Part shown: in pieces, positions 1 through 12,098 of the stretch | Layout of the letters: the number at the start of each line of letters is the position of its first letter | Position numbering within the stretch: the stretch's first letter is position 1 | NCBI GenBank assembly: GCA_038227875.1 | Contig: JBBRPR010000001.1 | Coordinates: 256,001-320,000, forward strand | Source: Planctomycetota bacterium | Lineage (GTDB): Bacteria > Planctomycetota > SZUA-567 > H5-PLA8 | Direction of reading: 5' to 3' | DNA length: 64,000 nt | Made by a program: the position numbers and the translations under genes | The notes under the pieces: model-generated | Database searches by the model: none | Told to the model about the DNA's origin: nothing | What the model saw: the letters and a program-made list of their open reading frames with translations, nothing else

Positions 1-2
1 AC

Positions 3-2540
3 GACGTCAAAGATCGCGTGGGTGCACTGAAGGACGTCTGCGCCACCGCGTCGCAGTTGCAGCACCACCTTCGGGACGGTGAGCCACTGCACGAACTGGT
101 GCAGGAAGCTCCCGCTGCTCCCGCTGCTCCCGCCGCGCCGGAAGCCCCCGCTGAACCGGTGTCGGAATCGAAAGCCTCCGCTTCCAGCGCACAGTGGACG
201 CAGCCGAGCAACGTCGATCAGGCGTTCGTCAATGAATTTCTTTCGGTGCAGCCGGCGGTGCTGGATGAAGCTGAAGCTATCGTGCTGAAGCTCAGCGAAC
301 CGCAGGAACGCACCGCCGCCATCGCTTCGCTGCGCGGCCTGCTTCACAACTTGAAGGGAGAGTCTTCGATCCTGGCGATGCGCGCCATCGAGCAGCTCTG
401 CCACGCCACCGAAGAACTGCTGGTCGAACCACTGCCCGCCGCCACGCCGGATGTGCTGCTGCGCGTCATTGACGCCATGCGCTCGGCGCTGGCCTACTAC
501 GGCGGGAAGTCAGAAGAGCCCGCGGGTCTTTCCGCGCTGCACGCTGAACTTGCGCGCCTGAAGCCCAAGTCCGCGTCCGATGAACAGGCCAACACGCATC
601 AGTCGCCGGCGCCCGCCGAAGTTTCCGCGCCTGCCGAAGTGCCTGCCGCCGAGGTCGCTCCCGTGACCGTCGGAACTCCTGAACAAGGCACGCCGCTGAC
701 GGGCGACCTGGAACTGATCCAGGGCTTCATTCCGGAGTCCAAGGAACATCTTGAAAACGCCGTGGCCAGTCTGCTGGCGCTGGGGACCGACGCGACCAAC
801 AAGGAACACCTCGACGCGCTCTTCCGCGCGTTCCATACCATTAAAGGGTGCGCGGGCTTCCTGATGCTCGACAAGATTCAGGCGCTGGCCCATCAGTCCG
901 AAAGTCTGCTCGACAAGGCCCGCAACGGCACGGTGATCCTCTCCGGGTTGGCGCTGGAAGCCACGTTTGAAGCGACCGACCTGCTAAAGGAAATGATCGA
1001 TGGCGTCGAAATTGGCCTGAAGACCGGCCTGGTCCCGCCGCCCAGCGCGGCGATGCCTGAACTGGTGGACCGGCTGCGCGCGCTTGCCGCGGGTCAGACG
1101 CCGACGTTGAAACAGAAGACCGTTCCCGCCGCCGCCCCCGCCGCCCCTGCCGCCCCCGCGGCCACAGTCCCGGTGGTACCTGTTGCGGTTGCGGTCGCTC
1201 AGCCTGTGAATTCGGCACTGCCCGCCAGCGATAATGCCGTGTCCGCCCAGTCATTGCCGGCGGTCGTTGCAGCGCCCGAAGCCGCCGCTCCGCAGGCTGC
1301 GCAGCCACGCTTGACGCTGCTCAAGATCCGCGACGCCGTCAAAGTGGACGCCGACCGCCTCGACCGGCTCATCGATACCATCGGCGAGCTGGTGATCTCC
1401 GAATCGATGGTCAGCCAGTCGTCAGATCTGCGCAAGCACGCCACGGCCCCGCTGATCCGCCAGCTCGGCCAGCTCGACAAGATCACCCGCGAGCTCCAGG
1501 AAATGGCGATGTCCCTGCGCATGATGCCCGTGCGCACGACCTTCCAGAAAATGGGCCGCCTGATTCACGACGTGGCCAAGCGCACCGGCAAGCAGTGCGA
1601 GCTGATCCTGAGCGGCGAAGAGACCGAACTCGACAAGGCCGTCGTTGATGGCATCGGCGATCCGCTGGTTCACATGATCCGCAACGCCGTCGACCATGGC
1701 CTGGAAGCCAATGCTGAAGAGCGCATCAAGGCCGGCAAGCCCGCCAAGGGACGCGTGGATCTGCGCGCGTACCACAAGGGCGGCAGCATCTTCATCGAAG
1801 TACAGGACGACGGCCGCGGTCTCGACCGCGACGCGATCCTGCGCAAAGCAGCCGAACGCGGCCTGATCCGCGACGGCGAACAGCTTTCCGAACGCGAAAT
1901 CTTCAACCTGATCTTCCTGCCCGGTTTCTCGACGGCCAAGACCGTCACCGATGTCTCCGGACGCGGCGTGGGCATGGACGTGGTGCGCAAGAACATCGAA
2001 GCGCTGCGCGGCCAGGTCGACATCTCGTCGCAGCCGGGTCAGGGAACGAAGTTCACGATCCGCCTGCCGCTGACGCTGGCGATCATCGACGGCATGGTGG
2101 TGAACGTCGGACAGGAACGCTACATCGTTCCGACTCTCTCGATCGTGATGTCCCTGCGGCCCCAGCCCGGCGCGGTCAAGTCGGTGCTCAACCGCGGCGA
2201 AATGCTCAGCTACCAGGGCGAATTGATTCCGCTTTTCCGCATCGACCGCACCTTCTCGATCAAGGGCGCCGTGGCCCGGCCGGAAGACGGATTGGTCATC
2301 ATCGTCGAAGAGGACGGCAAGCGCACGGGTCTGCTTGCCGACGGGCTCCTCGGCCAGCAGCAGATTGTGATCAAGACACTGGGCGACTCGATGCGCGGCA
2401 TCCCCGGAGTTTCCGGCGGAGCGATCATGCCCGACGGCAACGTCGGACTGATTCTCGACGTCGGAGCGCTGGTGCGCATCAGTCAGAATTCCCAACAGGC
2501 ACAGGGTGCCGCGGCGACTTCCAACGAACGGGTGGCCTGA
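3..2540 (+). CDS. cheA: Chemotaxis histidine kinase CheA, 5'-truncated by window edge, with at least two Hpt domains
   Basis: Hpt motifs LLHNLKG and AFHTIKG; dimerisation VKVDADRLDRLIDTIGELVI; HATPase HMIRNAVDHG, DDGRG, FLPGFSTA, SGRGVGMDVV; C-terminal CheW domain. Frame is open upstream of 18 to the edge. Confidence 0.97.
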   Translation, partial: DVKDRVGALKDVCATASQLQHHLRDGEPLHELVQEAPAAPAAPAAPEAPAEPVSESKASASSAQWTQPSNVDQAFVNEFLSVQPAVLDEAEAIVLKLSEPQERTAAIASLRGLLHNLKGESSILAMRAIEQLCHATEELLVEPLPAATPDVLLRVIDAMRSALAYYGGKSEEPAGLSALHAELARLKPKSASDEQANTHQSPAPAEVSAPAEVPAAEVAPVTVGTPEQGTPLTGDLELIQGFIPESKEHLENAVASLLALGTDATNKEHLDALFRAFHTIKGCAGFLMLDKIQALAHQSESLLDKARNGTVILSGLALEATFEATDLLKEMIDGVEIGLKTGLVPPPSAAMPELVDRLRALAAGQTPTLKQKTVPAAAPAAPAAPAATVPVVPVAVAVAQPVNSALPASDNAVSAQSLPAVVAAPEAAAPQAAQPRLTLLKIRDAVKVDADRLDRLIDTIGELVISESMVSQSSDLRKHATAPLIRQLGQLDKITRELQEMAMSLRMMPVRTTFQKMGRLIHDVAKRTGKQCELILSGEETELDKAVVDGIGDPLVHMIRNAVDHGLEANAEERIKAGKPAKGRVDLRAYHKGGSIFIEVQDDGRGLDRDAILRKAAERGLIRDGEQLSEREIFNLIFLPGFSTAKTVTDVSGRGVGMDVVRKNIEALRGQVDISSQPGQGTKFTIRLPLTLAIIDGMVVNVGQERYIVPTLSIVMSLRPQPGAVKSVLNRGEMLSYQGELIPLFRIDRTFSIKGAVARPEDGLVIIVEEDGKRTGLLADGLLGQQQIVIKTLGDSMRGIPGVSGGAIMPDGNVGLILDVGALVRISQNSQQAQGAAATSNERVA

Positions 2541-2584
2541 AGCCGGATTTGAATTCCGTCAAAACAGATAAGGAGAGCCATACG

Positions 2585-3103
2585 ATGAGCACGACGACGA
2601 CCAAGCCAGCAGCAGGAACCACGACCGCGACCGCCCGCGCGGGCCGCTACCTCACGTTCTCCATGGCACGCGAAGAGTACGGTTTGGAAATTCTGAAGGT
2701 TCAGGAAATCATCGGCATGATGAATGTCACGCGCGTGCCGCGCACGCCGGACTTCATCCGCGGCGTGATCAATCTGCGCGGCAAGGTCATTCCGGTGATC
2801 GATCTCCGCCGCAAGTTGCAATTCGAAGCCAAGGAAGACACGGACCGCACCTGCATCATCGTGGTCCAGGTCCAGCAGGGCGACACACCCATCACGATGG
2901 GCATCATCGTCGATTCAGTTTCTGAAGTGCTGAACGTCTCCGCGTCGCAGATCGAACCGTCACCGGAGTTCGGATTCAACATCTCGACGGAATTCATCCT
3001 CGGGATGGGCAAGGTCGACAAGCGCGTCATCATTCTTCTGGATGCCGACCGCATCCTCTCTACCGGCGAACTCAACGACGCCGCCGCCAGCGTTCGGGGA
3101 TAG
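2585..3103 (+). CDS. cheW: Chemotaxis coupling protein CheW
   Basis: YLTF..EEYGLEILKVQEIIG, GVINLRGKVIPVIDLR; AGGAG RBS before ATG 2585. Confidence 0.97.
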   Translation: MSTTTTKPAAGTTTATARAGRYLTFSMAREEYGLEILKVQEIIGMMNVTRVPRTPDFIRGVINLRGKVIPVIDLRRKLQFEAKEDTDRTCIIVVQVQQGDTPITMGIIVDSVSEVLNVSASQIEPSPEFGFNISTEFILGMGKVDKRVIILLDADRILSTGELNDAAASVRG

Positions 3104-3159
3104 TCCCCGAGGTAGATTTCAGTGCAACCATTTTTGCCGTGTGAAAGGCTATTTCAGCC

Positions 3160-4896
3160 ATGAAGAACCTCACGATCGCCCACAAGATCATCATTGGATT
3201 CGCACTCACGCTGCTGATCACCGTTGCGCTGGGTGTGTTTGCCAGCATGCGCCTGACCACCGTCCGCGCCTACTCCAGCAAGATCACGGAAGACAACCTG
3301 CCCGGCGTGTACGAAATTTCGAAGGCCGACAGCCTGATCCGCGAAAACATGCTCGTGCTGATGCGCCAGCTCAACAGCCACGATGCCGCCGCCATCGCCG
3401 AGTGCGACAAACAGATGGCGCAGATCCGCGACGCTCTGGATCTCACCTACACGAACTATGGGAAAACGATCTTCGATCCGCGCGACAAGGAACTGTTCGA
3501 CGCGCTGAATGCGGCACGCGAAGAGTACAAGAAGAGCAAGGACGAAGTCCTCGCCTTCAGCCGCGCGATGAAAACAGAGGAAGGCTTCGCGGCCCTCCAC
3601 CGCCTGGAACCGTTCTATTACAAGTACAGCGACGCCGTGCGAAAGCTGGTCGACTTCAACCGCGACAGTGGTGTGGATACCTCCGCGAAGATCACCTCCG
3701 CCGTGGCCGATTCGCAGTTCGGCATCGTCGTGGCCATCGCCATCGCTGTGGGACTGGGCCTCGTGACGTCCTTCGTAATCATCCGCAACACCAACCGCCT
3801 GCTCAACAGCGTGGCCACGTTGCTGCGCGCCAGCGCCGACCAGGTCGCCGCCGCCGCCGGACAGGTTGCACAGTCCAGCCAGTCGATGGCCGAAGGCGCC
3901 AGCGAGCAGGCGTCCAGCCTGGAAGAAACCTCGGCGTCGCTGGAAGAGATGGCGTCGATGACCCGTCAAAATGCCGACAACGCCCGCCAGGCCAGCGCGA
4001 TGTCCGACGAAGCCAGCAGCGCCGCCGAAGCCGGCCAGAAACTCACCCGCACGATGGGCCAGGAGATCAGCCAGCGCGTGGGTGCGATGACCGGCGCGAT
4101 CGGACAGATCAAGTCATCCACTGACCAGACCGCCAAAATCGTGAAGACCATCGATGAAATCGCTTTCCAGACCAATCTCCTGGCGCTGAACGCCGCCGTC
4201 GAAGCCGCGCGGGCCGGAGAAGCCGGCAAGGGCTTCGCCGTGGTCGCCGAAGAAGTGCGCAATCTCGCCCAGCGTTCTGCCGAAGCGGCCAAGACCACGT
4301 CGTCGCTGATTGAAGAATCGCAGCGGAACGCCGAGAACGGAGTGAAAGTTTCAAACGAAGTCGCTGAAATTCTCAAGCGCACCGTCGAAGTCGAAATCGC
4401 CAGGAGCTTTGGCAACACGGTCGAAGTGGCCAACAAGGTCAAGAATCTGATCGGAGAAGTTGCCGCCGCCAGCAGTGAGCAGTCGAAGGGCGCCGAGCAG
4501 ATCAACACGGCCGTCAATCAGATGGACAAGGTCACGCAGTCCAACGCGGCCAACGCCGAGGAAACCGCCTCGGCGAGCGAAGAGCTCTCCGCGCAGGCCC
4601 GTGAACTCAACGACATGGTCAACACGCTGGTGCGGATGGTCCGCGGCTCGGTGGAAGTGACGTCCTCCGCCCGGCCCGCGGCGTCGGCCGCCCCAGCGTC
4701 CACTCACACCAGCAGCGTGACGAAAAAGCAGAAGAGTGCAGCGCCAAAATTCCAGCAGAAGAAACACACCACGGAGTCCGCTCCGGCTGTTCCGGGCGTG
4801 AACCGCATCAAGCATCTCAACGGCAGCGCCAATGGAAATGGCGCCAAACCGGAGCAGGTGATCCCGCTCACGGACGCCGAGCTGAGCAGCTTCTAA
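3160..4896 (+). CDS. Methyl-accepting chemotaxis protein (2 TM, four-helix-bundle-type sensor)
   Basis: [37 protein letters not shown] hairpin tip; C-terminal [11 protein letters not shown] tether-like end. Confidence 0.96.
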   Translation: MKNLTIAHKIIIGFALTLLITVALGVFASMRLTTVRAYSSKITEDNLPGVYEISKADSLIRENMLVLMRQLNSHDAAAIAECDKQMAQIRDALDLTYTNYGKTIFDPRDKELFDALNAAREEYKKSKDEVLAFSRAMKTEEGFAALHRLEPFYYKYSDAVRKLVDFNRDSGVDTSAKITSAVADSQFGIVVAIAIAVGLGLVTSFVIIRNTNRLLNSVATLLRASADQVAAAAGQVAQSSQSMAEGASEQASSLEETSASLEEMASMTRQNADNARQASAMSDEASSAAEAGQKLTRTMGQEISQRVGAMTGAIGQIKSSTDQTAKIVKTIDEIAFQTNLLALNAAVEAARAGEAGKGFAVVAEEVRNLAQRSAEAAKTTSSLIEESQRNAENGVKVSNEVAEILKRTVEVEIARSFGNTVEVANKVKNLIGEVAAASSEQSKGAEQINTAVNQMDKVTQSNAANAEETASASEELSAQARELNDMVNTLVRMVRGSVEVTSSARPAASAAPASTHTSSVTKKQKSAAPKFQQKKHTTESAPAVPGVNRIKHLNGSANGNGAKPEQVIPLTDAELSSF

Positions 4897-4949
4897 TTTC
4901 TCGGATAGCCGTCAAAGCAAGCCACGTACGCTTATAGGGGGTAGGACCC

Positions 4950-7034
4950 ATGACACTTCGCACCAGGATCGTTTCAGGCTTCGCAGTAGTAGTTGCAATC
5001 ATGGTAGCCATCGGCGTCTACGCCGTCACCCGCATGAGCGCCGCGGGAGCGCAAGCCACGGTCCTCGCCGACGATTGCGCGCCGCTGGCGGAGCTCAGTT
5101 CCGAAGCGGCCGAGCCGCTGCGCCAGGCCATGCTGGAATTCCGGGCCTTCGGTTACACCGGCAACGAAGCGAATTACCAGAATGGCGTCAAGGCGCTCGA
5201 TCAGCTCAAAGACTTGATCGCGAAACTCAAGACTGCTTCGGCCAAGCTGGAGCTGACTCAGAAAGAGAAGGACCAGTTCGTCGAACTGGAGAACGGTTTC
5301 GCCGATTATCAGCAGTGTGTTCAAGAGACGAAAAAACTGTCCGAGGCGATGACCGCCAGCCGCGAGAAACTGGAACTGAACTCCACCGAGTTCCTCAAGC
5401 CTGTCGGCGAATATTCCGGCCTGCAGAACAAGAAATTTGAAGAAGACATCACCAATAAGGCGGAGACCGAAGTCCTGGCCTCCCGCCTCTCGAAGAACCT
5501 GATCATCCGCGACATTCTGAAAATGGAGATGGAACTGGAGAAGTCGACACTCGAGGGCCAGATCAATCGCGACGTGACGCGCATCGCCAGCAGCAACCAC
5601 TGTTTCGATGACATCGCCAAGCACCTCCAGAATCTGCGCGGCATGTCGACCAAGCAGGACGACATCCAGCGCATGGACCGTGCGTTGAAGAGCCTTGAAG
5701 AATACAAGAAGGCCCAGGAAGTCATCATCAACACCCTCAATTCGTCCGTCGCGGTGGCCAAGAAGCGCATGGCTGCAGGCGACCGCATGGCCGCAGGATT
5801 TCTGGAAAGCTCCAACGCTTGCACGGGGCGTGTGACATCCCTGTCGACCGACGCGCGCAGTGGACTGCGCTCGGCGACGGTCTCGATGCTCGCCGGATTG
5901 GCCGTGGCCATCGTGTTGTCCGTCGTGCTGGCGCTGGCCATCGCCGGCTCAATCAACCGTTCCATCAACAGCGTGATCGCCAGCCTTGCCAATGGATCGC
6001 AGCAGGTCTCGTCGTCGTCCGGCCAGGTTGCGCAGTCCAGCCAGGCCATGGCCGAAGGCGCCAGCGAACAGGCGTCGAGCCTTGAGGAAACTTCCGCGTC
6101 GCTGGAAGAAATGTCGTCGATGACCCGTCTGAATGCCGACAACGCGCGCCAGGCCAGCGTGATGGCCGAGCAGGCCAGCGCTGCCGCCGAAAACGGACAG
6201 TCCACGCTGACGCAGATCAGCCGCGACCTCGGCGTCCGCATCAGCAACATGACCAGCGCGATCGGACAGATCAAGACCTCGACGGATCAGTCGGCCAAGA
6301 TCGTCAAGACCATCGACGAGATCGCGTTCCAGACCAATCTCCTGGCACTCAACGCCGCAGTGGAAGCCGCGCGTGCTGGCGAAGCCGGCAAGGGCTTCGC
6401 GGTCGTCGCCGAAGAAGTCCGCAACCTGGCGCAGCGCTCGGCCGAATCGGCCAAGAACACCGCCGCGCTGATCGAACAGTCCCAGCGCAACGCGGAGAAC
6501 GGCGTCAAGGTCTCGACGGAAGTCGCCGACATCCTCAAGCGCACCATTGAAGTGGAAATGGCCAACAGCTTCCGCAACACGGCCGAAGCCTCCACCAAGG
6601 TCAAGCAGTTGATCAGCGAAGTCGCCTCGGCCAACGGTGAACAGGCCAAGGGTATCGAGCAGATCAACACCGCCGTATCGCAGCTGGACCGAGTCACGCA
6701 GTCGAACGCCGCCAGCGCGGAAGAATCGGCCGCAGCCAGCGAAGAATTGTCCGCGGAAGCCCGGACCATGGCCGAGATGGTTGACCAGCTCGTCACGCTG
6801 GTTCGCGGCAAAGGCGCACACGAAACGCCCTCGCCGTCGCGGCAGGCGATCAATGCTCCAGTCCGGAAGTCCGCTCCGATTCACCATCACGCTCCTGCCG
6901 CCGACCCGCACCACGCTCACAGCAATGGCAACGGAAATGGAAATGGCAACGGGAGCACCAACGGAAACGGCAGCACGCCCCACACGAACACGGCGGCTGA
7001 ATCGGTGGAAGAATCGGAAATGGCGTCGGTGTGA
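4950..7034 (+). CDS. Methyl-accepting chemotaxis protein (2 TM, larger helical periplasmic sensor)
   Basis: Same MCP signalling signature; ~280 aa periplasmic region; NG/His-rich tail. Confidence 0.96.
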   Translation: MTLRTRIVSGFAVVVAIMVAIGVYAVTRMSAAGAQATVLADDCAPLAELSSEAAEPLRQAMLEFRAFGYTGNEANYQNGVKALDQLKDLIAKLKTASAKLELTQKEKDQFVELENGFADYQQCVQETKKLSEAMTASREKLELNSTEFLKPVGEYSGLQNKKFEEDITNKAETEVLASRLSKNLIIRDILKMEMELEKSTLEGQINRDVTRIASSNHCFDDIAKHLQNLRGMSTKQDDIQRMDRALKSLEEYKKAQEVIINTLNSSVAVAKKRMAAGDRMAAGFLESSNACTGRVTSLSTDARSGLRSATVSMLAGLAVAIVLSVVLALAIAGSINRSINSVIASLANGSQQVSSSSGQVAQSSQAMAEGASEQASSLEETSASLEEMSSMTRLNADNARQASVMAEQASAAAENGQSTLTQISRDLGVRISNMTSAIGQIKTSTDQSAKIVKTIDEIAFQTNLLALNAAVEAARAGEAGKGFAVVAEEVRNLAQRSAESAKNTAALIEQSQRNAENGVKVSTEVADILKRTIEVEMANSFRNTAEASTKVKQLISEVASANGEQAKGIEQINTAVSQLDRVTQSNAASAEESAAASEELSAEARTMAEMVDQLVTLVRGKGAHETPSPSRQAINAPVRKSAPIHHHAPAADPHHAHSNGNGNGNGNGSTNGNGSTPHTNTAAESVEESEMASV

Positions 7035-7077
7035 ACTGAGCAAAGCAACATAAAGGTTATCCCACGAGGATCCGGAC

Positions 7078-7896
7078 ATGATGACGATGGAAAGCGAAAT
7101 CTTTAACGCACTGCGCGACATCATCCATGAGCAGAGCGGCATTTCGCTCAGCGATGAGAAGGAAGCCCTGGTCAGTGCGCGCGTCTCCAAGCGCATGCGC
7201 GCACTGAATATCGGAACCTTCAAAGAATATCTGGAGCTGCTCCAGGCCGACGACAGTGGGCTGGAGATGACCGCGCTGCTGGATGTGATCTCGACCAACG
7301 TCACCAGCTTCTTCCGCGAATCCGACCACTTCGATTTCCTCCACGAAGTGATTCAATCGTGGCGCGCGGCAGGTCAGCAGCGCTTCCGCTTCTGGTCGGC
7401 GGCATGTTCGACCGGCGAGGAACCGTACTCCATTGCCATGACCGTCCACAACGCTCTCGGCGCCAACGGCCGCGGGGCCGGCGACGTCAAAATTCTGGCC
7501 ACCGACATCTCGACACGCGTGCTGGGCTTCGCCAAGGCCGGACTTTATCCCGCCAACCGCGTCGAGCCGGTGCCGCAGGAATACGCGCGCCGCTACCTCA
7601 CACGCGACCGCACGCGCGACGAAGAGATCTACCAGGTCAGCGACGAACTCCGCAGCCTGATCTCCTTCAACCGCATCAATCTCAACAGCCCGCGCTTTCC
7701 CATGAGCGGGCCGATGGATATCGTCTTCTGCCGCAACGTCATGATCTATTTCGACAACAACACCCGTACATCCCTGCTCTCTGAAATCCATCGCCTCCTG
7801 AAACCCGGCGGCTACCTGCTCGTCGGTCACTCCGAAAGTCTGACCGGACTCACCAACGGCTTCACCTCCGTGCGTCCGTCCATTTATGTGAAATGA
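7078..7896 (+). CDS. cheR: Chemotaxis methyltransferase CheR
   Basis: TNVTSFFRE, WSAACSTGEEPYSIAM, ATDIS, FCRNVMIYFD, VGHSESL. Confidence 0.97.
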   Translation: MMTMESEIFNALRDIIHEQSGISLSDEKEALVSARVSKRMRALNIGTFKEYLELLQADDSGLEMTALLDVISTNVTSFFRESDHFDFLHEVIQSWRAAGQQRFRFWSAACSTGEEPYSIAMTVHNALGANGRGAGDVKILATDISTRVLGFAKAGLYPANRVEPVPQEYARRYLTRDRTRDEEIYQVSDELRSLISFNRINLNSPRFPMSGPMDIVFCRNVMIYFDNNTRTSLLSEIHRLLKPGGYLLVGHSESLTGLTNGFTSVRPSIYVK

Positions 7897-7924
7897 AGTT
7901 GTGTGAAATGAGGGAGCAGCAGCG

Positions 7925-8428
7925 ATGATTGGTACAGAGACTTCCACCCGCGCGAACAGAACCGTGGGCATATCCGAGATGATTGTCGAGCGCGACACCG
8001 ACAACGTGATCGTGACGTATTCGCTCGGCTCCTGCCTGGGCGTGGCCGTCTTCGATCCGGTCGCCCGCGTGGGCGGCATGATTCACTGCATGCTGCCGCT
8101 TTCGAAAATTGATCCCGCCAAGGCGCAGGCGATGCCGGCGATGTTTGTCGACACCGGCATCCCCACACTGCTCCAGGCCTGTTTCGATCTCGGTGCCGAC
8201 AGTAAGCGGCTGCGCCTGAGTGTCGCGGGCGCCGGATCCCCGCTGGACGACAACCACGTCTTCAACATCGGCGACCGCAACCTCGCCGTGCTTCGCAAAA
8301 TTCTCTGGAAGAACAGCCTGCTTATTGCCGCCGAAGATACCGGCGGCTCCGAACCTCGGACACTGTATCTGGAAATGAAAACGGGCGAAGTCTATCTCAA
8401 GGCCCGCGGCGACCGGCGCGCGCTGTAA
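7925..8428 (+). CDS. cheD: Chemoreceptor glutamine deamidase CheD
   Basis: TYSLGSCLGV, GGMIHCMLP, FNIGDRN, AEDTGG. Confidence 0.95.
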   Translation: MIGTETSTRANRTVGISEMIVERDTDNVIVTYSLGSCLGVAVFDPVARVGGMIHCMLPLSKIDPAKAQAMPAMFVDTGIPTLLQACFDLGADSKRLRLSVAGAGSPLDDNHVFNIGDRNLAVLRKILWKNSLLIAAEDTGGSEPRTLYLEMKTGEVYLKARGDRRAL

Positions 8429-8459
8429 CTTTGCGCCATAAGAGGCTAGGGGTGACACC

Positions 8460-8843
8460 ATGGGACTACAGGTTTTGATCGTCGACGATTCGTCGCTGAC
8501 GCGGCGGGTGATCGAAAAAACGCTGCGAATGACCAAGATCCAGATTGACGGCATCCGTCACGCCGCCAATGGACGCGAGGCACTCGTGGAACTGCGGAGT
8601 TCGCCGTGCGATCTGGTCTTTTCGGACATCAACATGCCCGAGATGAACGGCATCGAATTCCTCGACGCCAAGAATGCCGACCCGAAACTCAGCGGCATTC
8701 CGGTGGTCGTCATTTCGACGGATTCGAGCGAAGGTCGCGCCGAGCAGTTGAAGGCGCGTCACGTCACAGCCTTCGTGGGCAAACCTTTTACACCGGAGAT
8801 GGTCGAGAAAGTCATGTCCAACGCACTGGAGGCAAGAGTATGA
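8460..8843 (+). CDS. cheY: Single-domain response regulator (CheY-like)
   Basis: VLIVDDS, DINMPEMNG, KPF; lies in che operon. Confidence 0.88.
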   Translation: MGLQVLIVDDSSLTRRVIEKTLRMTKIQIDGIRHAANGREALVELRSSPCDLVFSDINMPEMNGIEFLDAKNADPKLSGIPVVVISTDSSEGRAEQLKARHVTAFVGKPFTPEMVEKVMSNALEARV

Positions 8844-9292
8844 GCCTGGAAATTCTGGAAAGCATCAGTTCGGTGAGCATGTCGGTGCTCGAGAAGTACG
8901 CCTTCGTCTTCGCGGACGCGGCTGAAGTCGCCGAGGCCGTCGAGCCGGCCAACGTGCTGCTGGCGAACGTGGCTTTCGGCGGCGCAGCGACCGGCGAATT
9001 GCAGGTCGCGATGCCCATGGAACTGGCCGCTGAAATCGCGTCCAATGTGCTGGGCTCCGATCCCAGCGAGGTCACGCCGCTGCTGCTTAAAGATGCCGTC
9101 GGTGAACTGGCCAACGTGCTCTGCGGCAACATGCTCAAGGCCTTGACCGCGCCGGACAAGATTTTCGATCTCCAGCCGCCCGCGGTTTCGGCCGCCAGTC
9201 AGGCGGATTGGAAAGCGCTGATCTCCTCTTCTCAAACCGTGGCGCTCGACTGCGACGGTCAATTCGTGCTGCTGCAGTTCACGTGCAAGTAA
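8840..9292 (+). CDS. cheX: CheX/CheC-family phosphatase
   Basis: DAVGELANVLCGN (ExxN) motif; ATGA overlap with cheY stop. Confidence 0.85.
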   Translation: MSLEILESISSVSMSVLEKYAFVFADAAEVAEAVEPANVLLANVAFGGAATGELQVAMPMELAAEIASNVLGSDPSEVTPLLLKDAVGELANVLCGNMLKALTAPDKIFDLQPPAVSAASQADWKALISSSQTVALDCDGQFVLLQFTCK

Positions 9293-10369
<1,077 letters not shown>

Positions 10370-10380
10370 CGAAAAAGTGC

Positions 10381-10602
10381 TTAGCTGGCGACGCGCGCGG
10401 CCAGCGCGCTTTCCTTCTTGCGGCAGACGGCGTGTGGCATCAGGTCGCTGTGGATCTCGCCCTTAAAATCGAGAACCTTGAAAAGCACAAACGGACCTTC
10501 GTTGTAGCGCGCCGCAACGCGGGCCTCGCGCGGCGTACCGCTGATGAACGCGATCACGTCTTCGCCAACTCCCGGAAAACGGCTCTCTTCATACTGTTTC
10601 AT
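10381..10602 (-). CDS. Hypothetical 73-aa protein
   Basis: ATG ORF convergent on cheB with plausible composition; no recognised motif. Confidence 0.5.
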   Translation of the reverse strand: MKQYEESRFPGVGEDVIAFISGTPREARVAARYNEGPFVLFKVLDFKGEIHSDLMPHAVCRKKESALAARVAS

Positions 10603-10822
10603 GATTTGAATTCCCGCTAAAAGAAGGACCCCAGTTACCCCTCACGCTCCACCCGGGGGACTTCGGGACGCATCTTTCAGGCCCATCCACAAAATCAGGT
10701 GAACTTCCGATGCGTTCATGGGTTGGAATTGCGTGGCGCGCTGAATTTAGCGAAGAATTAGCATCCCGCATCTAACGCAGACTGCTCAGAAGTGAGCTCT
10801 GCCGTTGATCGAAGTGGAACCA

Positions 10823-11692
10823 TCAGGTTCGCCCCACCCAGAGCAGCGTTTTGGTGCGGTATTCCCGGGGGGAAACGCCGACGGTCCGCTTGAAGATCCG
10901 GCTGAAGGTGTAGGGATCGTCGATTCCCACTTTTGAGCCGATTTCTTTGATGCTCAATTCGCCGTCCGCCAGCATCGCTCGTGCCGTGTCGCAGCGCAGC
11001 GCGGTCAGGTAATGTGCGGGTGCCAGTCCCGTCACGGCGCGGACGCCCTGCCGCAAACTGGAGTAGCTCATCGCATGCTCCGAAGCGAGTGCTTCGAAGT
11101 CGAGCGCTTCGGCCAGATGCTCCTGGCAGTATTTCAGAATCGCTTCGATCGGCTTGCTCGGCGTCGAGGCCTGCAGGCTGACGCGGTTGTAGTAAAGCTC
11201 CAGCAGCAGCCGTTCGGTCATCAGCACCGCGCGGTCGGCGTCGCCGGGTTTGGCGCGGCGGACGACGTCGATCAACTCCCGAAACTGCACGACCAGCGCG
11301 GTGACATTGGTGAGCTGCTGCACGCGGCCGTCGGTGGAGAAGACACCGGCTTCGCGCAGATGCTGGAAGCGCGGTCCGTCAAGGCCGCAGTGGTACTCGC
11401 ACCATTCAGTGCCGGGATCGGGGCCGTAATGAAAGACAGGGCCGGGGTAAACATGAAACAAACTTCCCGCTTCGATACGCTGCACGGGGCCGTTGTCGAC
11501 CTGGTACGAGCCGCGCCCGGAACTGACGAAACCGACGGCGTAGACGTTGAATTGATGATGAATCCAGGCGTCCTTGTGCGGAATTGAATTGGCGAGGATC
11601 ACCCAGTCATCGGTGATCAGCCCGGGGCGCATCAGCCGGTTGAGCCGGATGAGCGGATCGGGAGCTTTCTTCTTTCGCGCGGTGCGGGCCAT
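10823..11692 (-). CDS. AraC-family transcriptional regulator
   Basis: N-terminal cupin-like ligand domain; C-terminal LSIKEIGSKVGIDDPYTFSRIFKRTVGVSPREYR. Confidence 0.93.
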   Translation of the reverse strand: MARTARKKKAPDPLIRLNRLMRPGLITDDWVILANSIPHKDAWIHHQFNVYAVGFVSSGRGSYQVDNGPVQRIEAGSLFHVYPGPVFHYGPDPGTEWCEYHCGLDGPRFQHLREAGVFSTDGRVQQLTNVTALVVQFRELIDVVRRAKPGDADRAVLMTERLLLELYYNRVSLQASTPSKPIEAILKYCQEHLAEALDFEALASEHAMSYSSLRQGVRAVTGLAPAHYLTALRCDTARAMLADGELSIKEIGSKVGIDDPYTFSRIFKRTVGVSPREYRTKTLLWVGRT

Positions 11693-11750
11693 TGCGGTTC
11701 ACGCTACGGCCTTGCAGCCCGTTGAAAAAGGTAGATTCGGCCAAATTTTT

Positions 11751-11784
11751 CCGTGAAACGCCTGGCAGTAAAGGCGTTTCACGG
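11751..11784. promoter_or_regulatory. 13-bp perfect inverted repeat between divergent genes
   Basis: CCGTGAAACGCCT-N8-AGGCGTTTCACGG; function (operator or hairpin) is inferred only. Confidence 0.5.
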
Positions 11785-11870
11785 CGCAGGCCAAAGGATA
11801 ATCAACGGGCTGCTCGCGTCAAAATTTCCATTTCGTTGCCGCCGCTGCGCATCGGCGCTACAATCGGCAC

Positions 11871-12098
11871 ATGATCTGGAAATGTGCAGCGTACCTGGCG
11901 GTGGCGTTAAGCCTCGCCGGAAATGTCGGCGTCGTGCAACGCAAGCGCTGGGGCATGGGCGTCTGGATCGTTGCCAACGGGATCTGGATAGCGTATTACC
12001 TGGATCACGAGGACTGGCCGAGCCTGACGCTGTTCTCCGCGTACATGGCGCTGTCGATCTGGGGCTTCGCACGGTGGAAAACACCGGCGGCGGCGTGA
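11871..12098 (+). CDS. Small 3-TM membrane protein resembling half a PnuC-type transporter
   Basis: SLAGN..RKRWGMGVWIVANGIWI..SIWGFARW pattern resembles one PnuC repeat. Confidence 0.6.
   Translation: MIWKCAAYLAVALSLAGNVGVVQRKRWGMGVWIVANGIWIAYYLDHEDWPSLTLFSAYMALSIWGFARWKTPAAA

Noticed and set aside
6920..6975. NG-encoding short repeats in the MCP tail as a contingency locus
   Set aside because: Degenerate in-frame low-complexity tail, not a pure nucleotide repeat.
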